Source: Macrostomum lignano
Lineage: Eukaryota
Direction of reading: 5' to 3'
Length of the DNA stretch: 64,000 nucleotides
Assembly (NCBI GenBank): GCA_002269645.1
Contig: NIVC01000726.1
Coordinates: 57,652 to 121,651 of the forward strand
The notes below the pieces were generated by a model, which saw only the letters and a program-made list of their open reading frames with translations, was not told the origin of the DNA and ran no database searches. The position numbers and the translations under genes are program-made. Shown here piece by piece: positions 24,201-53,254 of this stretch (positions within the stretch are counted from its first letter, which is position 1; each line of letters starts with the position of its first letter).

Positions 24201-27200
24201 TGCGTACATTACAATCGATAAATTAAAAGGCAACTTGAGCGTGCCCCCAACCCCCCCCCCAGCGCAGGCCAACCCCAAAACCGCAAATGCAAACTCTCAA
24301 TATCAAGTCATCACATCCCTTCGCACTTAAGTATGAAAGTAAGATTAACAAAAATTAACACTATTAGTAATAATTTAAAAAATATATTGAAGCGAGCAAC
24401 ACAACTAAGGTACCATAATCGAGTTCATCAACAACAGTTACTTCAGCTGTAAGTCAGTCGCTCAGGTACAGCGCACTTCCTCATCGAACGGCGAAGCTGC
24501 GGCATGGCGTCAGGCTCCGCCGCAGCCTCAGTAGCAACGCCGTCAGCAAAAACTTCGGATGCGTCCTTCGGCACCGCATCGCACTGCGGCACCGCTGCCG
24601 CTGGTACCGCCGGCTTGGTCGGAAGCTGACTGACCGCGGCCGGCTTGCGCACCTGGTCCACGTGCCTGTGTGCGTCTCTGCCGTCATCGAACCGGCACGT
24701 GAAGTCGGCCGCACCAGAACTGTCCGTGACTGTCGCCGGTCTCCAGCGTCCGTCTCTCGCGAAGTCTCGCGCCAGCACCGAGTCGCCGACATTAATGCGG
24801 CGGTCGTGCGCGTGGGCATCGTGCTGCTCCTTCTGCAGTGCCTGCTGGACGGCCACCCGGGCGGGCAGGTCAGGGCGGACTCGGTCGAGCAACGATTTCA
24901 GCCTCCGCCCCATCAGCAGCTCGCAGGGAGCCGTCCCGGTAGTCGCATGCGGCGTGACTCGGTACGTCAGCAGGAACCGGGAGACTCGCTCCTCCAGAGA
25001 GCCGCTTCGCTGCTTGGCCAGCGCACGCTTCAGAGTCTGAACTGCTCGCTCTGCTTGGCCGTTGGACGCCGGGTGGTACGGAGCCGTGCGCACGTGCCGG
25101 ATGCCGTTCTTGCTCAGGAATGTCTCCATCTCCGCGCTGACCAGGTTCGGACCGTTGTCGGAGACGATCACGTCCGGCAGACCGTGAGTTGCAAAGCTCG
25201 ACCGCAGCTTCTCGATAGTCGCAGTCGACGACGTCGAAGGCATCACATGCACGTCCATCCACTTGGAGTGAGCGTCCACGACAACCAGCAACATCCGGCC
25301 CTGGACTGGCCCGGCATAGTCAATGTGCAGGCGTGACCACGGCTTGTCCGGCCACGCCCACGGCTGCAGTGGAAACGGACCTGGCGACTTCTGCATCTCC
25401 TGGCACTCGGTGCACGCGGCGACCAGCCGCTCGATCGCCTCGTCCAGCTTGGGCCACCAGAAAACGCTTCGAGCCAGCGCCTTCATTCTCGTGGTGCCCT
25501 GGTGCCCCTGGTGCAGGCACTGCAGCAGCGCCTCTCGACCGGCCTCGGGAACTACGACTCGGCAGCCCCAGAGCAGACAGCCGTCTTGGGTGCTCAGCTG
25601 GTCGGCTCGCGTGCAGTACGGCTGCAACTCAGGCGGCGGCCGCTCTGGCCAGCAGCCGGTCTCAGTGAAACGCAGAACTCGGGACAAGTCCGGGTCTGTC
25701 CGAGTCCACGTCCGGATGTGCCGAGCCGTCACCGGTCCCTCGTCCAGGAAGTCCATGAGTAGGACGACTTCAGCTGAAGTTGGCGCTTCCTTCGGCTTCT
25801 CCGGCAGCGGCAGCCGACTCAGCGCATCGGCTCGAAGCAGCGACTTGCCCGCTCGGTGGACCATGGAGTACTGGTAGCCGGCCAGGAGCAGCGCCCACCG
25901 CTGGATTCTGCCAGAAGCCAGTGCTGGTATCGGCTTGGACTGGTGCAGCAGACCGAGCAGCGGCTTGTGGTCGCTCACCAGCTTGAAGTCTCGCCCGAAC
26001 AGGTACATGTGAAATTTCTGAACTCCGTAGATGACCGCGAGCGCCTCCTTCTCGAGCTGGGAGTATCGGAACTCGAAGTTGGCCGAGAACGGGCACCAGC
26101 TCTCCGGAGTACGTCCGCAGCTGCGTGTTGACTCGCTCGAGTCTGGGACGCCCTCGTTGTACTTCGTTGTAGGTCTTCGCAGAGATGAGTGACACAGACT
26201 CCCCAGTATCGACCTCCATCCAGACTGGCGTGCCGTCGATGTCGATGGTGGTCTTAATTGGCGGAATCTTGCCGCCTACGGCGGCGGCCATCACGTGCAG
26301 CGAGAAAGCCTCCTCATCTGCCTCCTCCGCCTGCAGCTCTTGGACGGTCGAGTCGACGCGACGATTAGAAGCTCGCTGCGGCCCCGCCGATCTCTCGTCC
26401 CGCTGAGCAGGCGGCGCTGCCTTGCACGCAGCAGCGATGTGTCCGGTTTTCGAGCATGCGTAGCACTTACTATTGATGAACGGGCACTTTGCAGCCAGGT
26501 GGCGCTGGGACAGTCCCGATCCCACAGCTGACAGTCCCGATTCCACAACTGACAGTCCCGATCCCACAGCTGACAGTCCCGATTCCACAACTGAAAGTCC
26601 CGATTCCACAACTGACAATCCCGATTCCACAGGTGAAAGTCCCGATTCCACAACTGACAGTCCCGATTCCACAGCTGAAAGTCCCGATGCCACAGCTGAC
26701 AGTCCCGACCCTACAGACGACAGTCCCGATTCCACAGCTGACAGTCCCAATTCCACAGCTGACAATCCCAATTCCACAGCTTACAGTCCCGATCCTACAG
26801 ACGACAGTCCCGATCCTTCGTAACCTTCGAACGTTCGCCGTGAAGTAGAATTAGTTTCTATCAGTTCAGTAGAAATTTAAACAGAATAAAATATATTTAA
26901 AGAGTAAACGGCGCTTTATCTGTGATCCACCCTATTTTTATCGATCTTCTTCTATGTACATACGAATGTACATTGTTTTGGGCTCTCGGCTTAACCCCAT
27001 TTTTATTGCCCAGCCGGTCTCATTCCGGGGTTACGCCGCTCTGTACATTATCCTCCGCGCTGATTCAATGTACATTGTTCTCTGGCGGGCGTGTTGCTAT
27101 TTATAGAAGCGAATCAACTCCACCTTTTTTTCTAGAGTGCCGGCCCAATCTACGCGAACTCGACCCGAACGTGATGGAAGCCACTGGCCGAGCCTTGGAA

Positions 27201-30200
27201 TCTGCTGTTGGCGTTGCCGACGCCACGACTAGGCGCCAATTGGTGACTGGCATCTTGCCGGACATTCTGGCTGGCCTGGCCGATCGGAAAGATGTAAGAA
27301 AGTATGATTATTTAATTTTTTGACTGATTCCCGCTGGCGTAATACTTCGAACCCGACCTCCGCTCCGCAGTCCGCGTCCAAATGCGGCCTTCTCGACATT
27401 CTCCGACGGTTGTTGACCGCCTCCCTGTCGTCCTATTCGCCGACGTCCGTCTCAGTCGAACTCAAAGCCTACCTGTCCGGCGAGCTTGAGTCTATCTGCG
27501 CCGCTCTGTACGGCTTGGCTACAGCCGCGGCTGCCGAATCCGCTACCCCAGATTCAGAGCGGCTGCGCTTAGCCTGCCTAGCAACTATGGGCCGCCTGTG
27601 CTCGGAGCCCGGTCTGGCTAGCGACGAGCAGCGGGCCGGCTTTGCCGAACACCTGCTGGCCGAATTGGGCGGCGGCCGATCGGGGCAGCAACGGCAGAGG
27701 CTGCCGGGCCAGCCAATCAGGCCGATTGTGCGCGACTACGCGCGTCGCCTGGCTGCTACTAATGCTGACGAGGCAGCCAGCCTCATCAATAAGGGAATGC
27801 TCCCATTGGCTACAGGTGAGTTTCGTGTGTCCTTTGCTTGTTACAACTACTATCTTTCCTCAAATCTTAAACCTCTTTCTTTAAGAATCATCTAATCGAC
27901 ACAAATCCCTAATCTTCACTAATCCATAATCTTCACTTATCCATAATCTTTACTAATCCCTAATGTTCACTAATCCCTAATCTTCTTTAATCCACAATCT
28001 TCACGAGTTCTCCATCTTCACAGCTTCTCGATAGCAGCAAAAATAGGCAGTGTAAATTAGCCTACTCTGAGTAGCATTAATAAAAATAATTACTTTTAAT
28101 AATATGTATCACTTTTATTATTCAATTATCTCTGTACAGAGCACTCGGATTTTGGCGTCCGCGCCGACTGTCTGCTGCTGCTTGGCGAATTGTGCGACCT
28201 TCCTGAGTCAATTAGCGAGCCTCTGCTTGGGCTGTTGATGAGGCTCTGTCTGGAGGCTGGCTCGACAGCGGAAGCTGCTCCCAGTGAGATTACTTTTAAA
28301 TTTGAAGATTGAAAGGAAAAGTAGAATAGATCACCCAATCCTCAGCTTTATTGGTACTGGATTCCCCACTCCTCACTTAGCTGTATTTGGTACAGGATTC
28401 CCCATTCATCACTCAACTGTATCGGTGCGGGGTTTCCATTCATCACTCAGCTGTATCGGTGCGGGATTCCCCACTCCTCACTTAGCTGTATTTGGTACGG
28501 GATTCCCCATTCCTCACTCAGCTGTATTGGTACGGGATTCCCCACCCCTCACTCAGCTGTATTTGGTACGGGATTCCCCACTCGCTCAGCTGTATTGGTA
28601 CGGGATTCCCCACCCCTCACTCAGCTGTATTTGGTACGGGATTCCCCACTCGCTCAGCTGTATTGATACGGGATTCCCCACCCCTCACTCAGCTGTATTT
28701 GGTACGGGATTCCCCATTCCTCACTCAGCTGTATTGGTACGGGATTCCCCACTCGCTCAGTTGTATTGGTACGGGATTCCCCACCCCTCACTCAGCTGTA
28801 TTTGGTACGGGATTCCCCACCCCTCACTCAGCTGTATTTGGTACGGGATTCCCCACCCCTCACTCAGCTGTATTTGGTACGGGATTCCCCACCCCTCACT
28901 CAGCTGTATTTGATACAGGATTCCCCATTCATCACTCAACTGTATCGGTGCGGGGTTTCCATTCATCACTCAGCTGTATCGGTGCGGGATTCCCATTTAT
29001 CACTCAACTGTATCGGTGTGGGATTTTCATTCATCACTCAGCTGTATCGGTGCGGGATTCCCATTCATCACTCAGCTGTATCGGTGCGGGATTCCCATTC
29101 ATCACTCAGCTGTATCGGTGCGGGATTTTCATTCATCACTCAACTGTATCGGTGCGGGATTCCCATTAATCACTCAGCTGTATCGGTGCGGGATTCCTGA
29201 CTCCTTACTCAGCTGAAGAATATATTACGATTCATGTCAGCAACAGCAATTTTATTTTTTCGATACACATTTCAAGAAGCTCACAATAAGTTATGCCAGC
29301 ACCCGCTATCTTCTACATACTACTGTTACACCAAGTCTCACAGTGTACTTTGCCCTCTTACACGCAGCAATCAAGTCTCGTCTAGATGCTCTGTGCCTGG
29401 CAACCGAGACCTCCATGGCTTCAACCAACGGCCGTGCGCGCGAATTCGTTGTTGGCATCTGGACCAGTCAGTTTCAGCAGTTCTTGGCCGCATTTCGTCA
29501 CTACGAAGCTGGTGGCGACTTGGCCAACGCTGCGTTTGGCTGCGTGCAAGCTTTTGCGAGAGCGCTCACGGCTGGGTGAGCAGCGATGGTGCCTTCGTGT
29601 GTTGTGCTAGGGTTCTTGTTGCTTTGATCTGATTCTGGGATGCGGATGACTGACTGACTGACCGACTGAGGCACAGAAAATATTTCAGCACAATAGCAAA
29701 ATGGCATTCGACATTCTTACAGAGACGAGTCGACATCCGTCAAGTCGGCGGTGGACTGGACCGCTCAGCAGGCTACGGAGGCCGACTTCCGCCGTCTGCA
29801 CTGCGCACTGCTTTTCAATTTAACACCGGAGGTATGTTGCTGTCATTGCTAGGATTCTCCACTCCTCAGGTTTAGGAATTTCCCAATTATCAGGTTTAGG
29901 ATTCCCCCTAATTCTCAGGTTTAGGATTCCCCTAATTCTCAGGTTTAGGATTTCCCCTAATTCTCAGGTTTAGGATTCCCTAATTCTCAGGTTTAGGATT
30001 CCCCACTCCCCAGGTTTAGGATTCCCCACTCCCCAGGTTTAGGATTCCCCACTCCCCAGGTTTAGGATTCCCCACTCCTCAGGTTTAGAATTCCCCACTC
30101 CTCAGGTTTAGGATTTTCCCTATTCTCAGATTTAGGATTCCCTAATTCTAAGATTTAGGATTCCCTACTCCCCAGGTTTAGGATTGCCCAGTCCTCAGGT

Positions 30201-32592
30201 TTAGGATTTTCCCTATTCTCAGATTTAGGATTCCCTAATTCTAAGGTTTAGGATTCCCTACTCCCCAGGTTTAGGATTCCCCAGTCCTCAGGTTTAGGAT
30301 TTTCCCTATTCTCAGATTTAGGATTCCCTAATTCTAAGGTTTAGGATTCCCTACTCCCCAGGTTTAGGATTCCCCAGTCCTCAGGTTTAGGATTTTCCCT
30401 ATTCTCAGATTTAGGATTCCCTAATTCTAAGGTTTAGGATTCCCTACTCCTCAGGTTTAGGATTCCCCAGTCCTCAGGTTTAGTATTCCCCCAATTCTCA
30501 GGTTTAGGATTCCCCTAATTCTCAGGTTTAGGATTTCCCCAATTCTCAGGTTTAGGATTTCCCCAATTCTCAGGTTTAGGATTTCCCCACTCCTTAGGTT
30601 TAGGATTCCCCCAATTCTCAGGTTTAGGATTCCCCCTAATTCTCAGGTTTAGGATTCCCCCTAATTCTCAGGTTTAGGATTCCCCCTAATTCTCAGGTTT
30701 AGGATTCCCCCAATTCTCAGGTTTAGGATTTCCCCAACTCTCAGGTTTAGGATTCCCCCAATTCTCAGGTTTAGGATTTCCCACTCCTCACTCAGCTGAA
30801 ATCGATATCAAGTGAAGCTTCCACCTTTCAGACGGCCAGGCGTCACTCGGTCGCACTTTTACCAAGCCTGGCATCTCGCTACGCTTCCGACGGATCCGAA
30901 TTCGCCCTTCAACTGTACGCGTCGCTGATCAACAAGTGCCTGGATTACGGTCGGGGTGAGTGACAGCTATAAACTGCGGCAGAAGCACAGGTTCGGAGTC
31001 CCATAGCTGCGGCTGTTCAAAATTATTGGTTTAATCTTTCAGATCCATCTATGTCGCCTGTAGAGCAAATTGTACTCTCGGATGTTAACACCCTGGTTGC
31101 CAATAGCAACAGTGAACGTTCCGCCGCTTTTCTGGCCTGGTGTCTAAAAGCCCTACTATTAAGCGGTTCGCCTCTGTTTGTTAAACTAGCCGGCAAAACG
31201 TTGGACATTCTTCGGCAGTCGGGCGAGGATCAGCTGGCGGTTCAGTTGGCTGCTCGGCTAGAGCTGCTGCTGAAGCCCTGCGAAATTGTGCTCTGCACTG
31301 CCGCTAAGGCTACCGTGGGACCCTTGGCCGGCCAGAAGTGTCTCTGCCTGCTGTTGCAACCGCTGCTGGACGATGCTAAGCAGAGTGAGTTTTTGGCTGA
31401 GATTCTTCCAAATCTGGAATTCCCCACCTTGAGATTTCCCCATCCAGAAGTTTCCCAATCTGGGATTCCCCACCCTGATATTCCAAATCTGGGATTCCCC
31501 ACCTTGAGGCTTCTCAATCTGGGACTCCTCACCATGGAGTTTTCCAATCTGAAATTCCCCACCCAGGAGTTTTCCAATCTGAAATTCCCCACCCAGGAGT
31601 TTTCCAATCTGAAATTCCCCACCCTGATATTTCCAAATCTGGGATTTCTTCACCCTGAGATTTCCCAATCTGGGATTCCCAACCCTGATATTCCAAATCT
31701 GGGATTCCCCACCTTGAGGCTTCTCAATCTGGGACTCCTCACCATGGAGTTTTCCAATCTGAAATTCCCCACCATGGAGTTTTCCAATCTGAAATTCCTC
31801 ACCCCGATATTTCCAAATCTGGGATTTCTTCAGCCTGAGATTTCCCAATCTGGGATTCCCCACTCTGAGATTTCCCAACCTGGGATTCCCGACCCTGATA
31901 TTTTCCAATCTGAGATTTTCCTAACGATTTTTTAAATCCCAGATTTTCCACTGACAGGTATTCGTTATTTATATGAACATTTTCATAATCTAATATTGCA
32001 GAGAAAGCCTGTCTACTGGCTGCAATCAGTCTGGCGCAAACAGCTCCCCCGGAGCTTATTGTAGACTATATTGACTCCGTAAGTGATACCCACTAATGTG
32101 AACCTACTAACTGATGTCCCGCAGTCTATTCAAATTGACCTTCAAAAAGAACTTGAAATCGCAAGGGACTCAGAAGTGTCTAGTGCCAATTTCTTGTTCA
32201 CATCCCCTCCCGACGTCCTTCAGCTGATCCCAGCCCTGATGCTGCACCTTCGGCCGTCAAACAGCGCCAACGCTGGTCTGCGCGCGCCAATCCTGCGCCT
32301 GCTGGAGACGCTGGCCTCCCGGCAGGACGCTCTGAACGCCATGGCGCCGCGCTGCCTTGGCGACCTGCTGCCGCGCCTGCTCGCCTGCCTGGACCCCGGC
32401 GCCGATCTGGACTCCAGGCGGACCTCTGCCCGTCTGCTGCGCCGGCTGGCCACCGGCGGCCTCCCGGCTGCCGAGCTGCTGCCGCACAAGCCCGACGTTG
32501 TCTCGCGCCTGGGCGCCGCGCTCAACGATCCGAAACGATTGGCGCGCAGCGACGCGGCGCAGGCGCGAAACGCCTGGTTTTTAATTGGCTGA
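21202..32592 (+). CDS. MMS19: MMS19 (cytosolic iron-sulfur assembly component, HEAT-repeat), 15 exons, ~992 aa
   Basis: Exons 21202-21275, 21350-21453, 21550-21635, 21716-21860, 22312-22499, 23261-23642, 27136-27293, 27371-27815, 28140-28283, 29344-29575, 29723-29831, 30832-30955, 31043-31384, 32002-32078, 32224-32592. All introns are GT-AG and phases are consistent (2979 nt). Hallmarks: IDAEKDPRNLLIVF, EDMFEVIACYFPVDFKP, PLLLEKL, WCLKALLL, LLPHKPDVVSRLGAALNDPKRLARSDAAQARNAWFLIG*. The start codon is less certain than the rest. Confidence 0.9.
21920..22260. repeat. 21-bp minisatellite (C)AGCTGACAGTCCCGATCCCAC, copy 1
   Basis: Tandem array in MMS19 intron 4. Confidence 0.92.
22700..23230. repeat. 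30-bp minisatellite GGGAATTGTTCAGATGCCAGAATGCTCACG
   Basis: Tandem array in MMS19 intron 5. Confidence 0.95.
23724..24089. repeat. 21-bp CAGCTGACAGTCCCGATTCCA minisatellite, copy 2
   Basis: Left flank of the gypsy element. Confidence 0.95.
24092..24315 (-). repeat. Single (3') LTR of the gypsy element
   Basis: Begins TG right after the purine tract. The distal end is ambiguous (CA at 24107-24108, or nearer the array). I found no second copy in the window. Confidence 0.55.
24443..26068 (-). CDS. Gypsy Pol C-terminus: RNase H end plus integrase (HHCC and DDE)
   Basis: The supplied ORF 24443-26008 is open upstream to ~26068. Motifs LHQGHQG...WWP...CTECQ, RLHIDYAGP, IVSDNGPNL, SNGQAERAV. No stops. 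Confidence 0.88.
   Translation of the reverse strand, partial: RYSQLEKEALAVIYGVQKFHMYLFGRDFKLVSDHKPLLGLLHQSKPIPALASGRIQRWALLLAGYQYSMVHRAGKSLLRADALSRLPLPEKPKEAPTSAEVVLLMDFLDEGPVTARHIRTWTRTDPDLSRVLRFTETGCWPERPPPELQPYCTRADQLSTQDGCLLWGCRVVVPEAGREALLQCLHQGHQGTTRMKALARSVFWWPKLDEAIERLVAACTECQEMQKSPGPFPLQPWAWPDKPWSRLHIDYAGPVQGRMLLVVVDAHSKWMDVHVMPSTSSTATIEKLRSSFATHGLPDVIVSDNGPNLVSAEMETFLSKNGIRHVRTAPYHPASNGQAERAVQTLKRALAKQRSGSLEERVSRFLLTYRVTPHATTGTAPCELLMGRRLKSLLDRVRPDLPARVAVQQALQKEQHDAHAHDRRINVGDSVLARDFARDGRWRPATVTDSSGAADFTCRFDDGRDAHRHVDQVRKPAAVSQLPTKPAVPAAAVPQCDAVPKDASEVFADGVATEAAAEPDAMPQLRRSMRKCAVPERLTYS
26069..26513 (-). CDS. Gypsy Gag zinc knuckle and aspartic protease fragment
   Basis: Part of ORF 25770-26777: CX2CX4HX4C knuckle and DTG protease motif. 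The upstream part of that ORF is translated minisatellite. Confidence 0.8.
26509..26817. repeat. 21-bp CAGCTGACAGTCCCGATTCCA minisatellite, copy 3
   Basis: Right flank of the gypsy element, same orientation as copy 2. Confidence 0.95.
27895..28030. repeat. Degenerate ~19-bp TAATCCCTAATCTTCAC array
   Basis: About six degenerate copies in MMS19 intron 8. Confidence 0.75.
28350..29218. repeat. ~31-36-bp minisatellite GGTACGGGATTCCCCAC(CC)CTCACTCAGCTGTATTT
   Basis: Tandem array in MMS19 intron 9, with two sub-variants. Confidence 0.93.
29850..30799. repeat. ~24-bp minisatellite CAGGTTTAGGATTCCCCACTCCT
   Basis: Tandem array in MMS19 intron 11. Confidence 0.93.
31395..31925. repeat. ~30-bp minisatellite TTTCCAATCTGGGATTCCCCACCCTGA..
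   Basis: Tandem array starting just after the exon 13 donor of MMS19. Confidence 0.9.
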
Positions 32593-32629
32593 CCGGCCCT
32601 GCACTTCGACCTGCGTACTGTTCCGCTAC

Positions 32630-33005
32630 TCCCTTGCTTCCATCCGCTCCCTCCCCAATCTGCTCCCTCCCCAATCCGCTGCCTCCCCAATCCACTTTCT
32701 TCCCAAACCGCTGCCTCCCCAATCCGCTCTCTTCCCAATCCGCTGCCTCCCCAATCCGCTCCCTCCCCAATCCGCTCCCTCCCCAATCCGCTCCCTCCCC
32801 AATCCGCTCTCTTCCCAATCCGCTGCCTCCCCCAATCCGCTCTCTCCCCAATCCGCTGCCTCCCCCAATCCGCTCTCTCCCCAATCCGCTTCCTTCTTAA
32901 TCTGCTCCCTCTAATTCTCCCTAATCCGACCCCACTGGCTCCTCCAATCCGCTCCATCCCTTGCCCATCTGCTCCATCCCTTCAGCTCCCTTCTGCCTTC
33001 CTATC
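32630..33005. repeat. ~15-bp CCCCAATCCGCTCCCT array
   Basis: Immediately downstream of the MMS19 stop. Confidence 0.9.
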
Positions 33006-34128
33006 CGCCCTCTACCGCGCCCTTCTAACACTGGCACTATATAATCCCAACCCCGTAATTTCCACCCGCACCAGCTCCCATCCGCTGAGCAGCAGCCTCT
33101 CTATAGCCCAGTACTCAGCCATCTGTAGCCTCCAGCTGTAGACCATCGTGCTGAAGTGTTGTAGTTCGAATATATTTATTGGCTTTAGCGCAATAACCTG
33201 CTCGATTGCTACATCTGTTTGAGCTTGCATTTTTATCAATTGTAACCTGGCAGTTCTATTAGCTTCCAATATTGTGCATCCAAACGGGCAGTTTGCGTCA
33301 ACATATTTCAATACACATGCATATTGCACTACTATTAATTGAGCCTTTGCAAGTAGTATTTTTGATAATTGATTGAAACTTCGTAGTGGCTGACAAAAAT
33401 AATCCGGCCAATCACAATTAATTTGTAAAATTTATTTAAGCTTATAACGCGAACTGCTACAAAAGTACTTTTTGGGGTACGTGAATTTTTTCTATCGTAG
33501 ATTATCGTCTCAATAGTTGCACTTCATTAAAAACTACTATAAGTAGCTTGATCTTTTATCGTTACATTATCATAAACCAGTTACAATGTAAAAATACCTA
33601 CGCTCGTATATAATGCACTCAAAAGCAACAGCGAGACGATGAGAACACAGAACAACAATGTGCGAGTATACTGGGTATGCATAAAAATTTTCAGTATATA
33701 CTACTCATACACTACTACTAATTAATAAAGCTGTAAGCAGTCTCGTAGAGAAGTGCGGCTAGGGGGGTTTTGATATGACAGACACAAATAGTCGAAACGG
33801 ACTAAAAAGGAATTTGTTATTTGTTGAACAGTAGCGAGTCAGTGTGCCACCTCAATGAGAACATCAACTATATGGATAAGCCGCTTATAGGTTAGAATGG
33901 ACGCAGATACGATCTACATGTGAGACTTATGCTGTAATATCCTAATACAAGAGGGAATGGTGAATGCCTTATTGGAATTCATTTGAAGGCCGGTTTCTTA
34001 GCGCACGCAGATATAGTCAATGTCTATCGCCTTCTGGACATCCGAATTCCGCATGGGTCTTCAAATAAATTTTCCTTTCCACTTATGGGGAGCAGTTTAG
34101 CGGAAAAAATGCTTCCTATAACGCACTA

Positions 34129-52739
<18,611 letters not shown>

Positions 52740-53254
52740 CTGGAATGCATCGTTTTTTGGAAGAAATGCTTTGGAGTGCTACATTAATATCTTGCTTCCA
52801 TAAGCCGCCTTGAATAAACCCGTTGAATGTTTCACTACTGTGCACTCGATATTCGAGACTTCGTCGGTGTTTTAGCATTCGGTTCGCGGAGAATTCGATA
52901 CAGTGATTATGCGACCCGGTGACGGCGGCCGGATCCCGGGGGATTATAGAAAACAGAAAAATCAACGATTCCTTTGCCTTGGGGAACGCATGGAGTGAAG
53001 GAAGCGAAGCAAAAACCTGGAGAAGTGTGGACCAGACTGAAAGAGCACATGTATGCTAAATGAGGCAGCGTCCTACACATGACTGGCATTTTGACACTGT
53101 TGCTGCTGCATTTTTTAGGAACAGAAGCGGATGAAAATTACATCAGACAGAGAGACAGACTGACTGACTGACAGACACTGAGACAGGCACTAACAATTAC
53201 ACTAAAACGGACTCTAAAATAGACGCTAAGGCAGACACAAAGAAGGAAAATAAG

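Larger units (their letters stand above)
24092..26513 (-). mobile_element. Ty3/gypsy LTR retrotransposon, 5'-truncated and RT-deleted, antisense in MMS19 intron 6
   Basis: Minus strand order: remnant of zinc knuckle 1 (HLAAKC), intact knuckle CYACSKTGHIAAAC, protease EVDTGESVSLIS...LRTYSG, abrupt jump at ~26069 to the RNase H end (RYSQLEKEALAVIYGVQKFHMYL), integrase, purine tract AAGGGA, then TGTGATG marking the 3' LTR start at 24315. Confidence 0.9.

Noticed and set aside
24481-26131. Many alternative-frame and antisense ORFs over the retroelement
   Set aside because: Shadow ORFs of GC-rich pol coding sequence.
29850-30799. Telomere-like TTTAGG within the array
   Set aside because: A single hexamer embedded in a 24-bp unit, not tandem telomeric repeats.
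31385-31935. Apparent extension of the MMS19 ORF (EFSNLKFPT repeats)
   Set aside because: Read-through into the intron 13 array; the real exon ends at the A|GTGAGT donor at 31384.
33012-33329. 105-aa minus-strand ORF between the MMS19 and PKD 3' ends
   Set aside because: No recognisable homology, AT-rich first half, located in probable UTR. RNA-seq would be needed.
52740-52965. ORF upstream of the C1b half-exon as a possible PKD exon
   Set aside because: Lacks the expected H...CxxC first half of C1b; the true acceptor is at 52740-52741.
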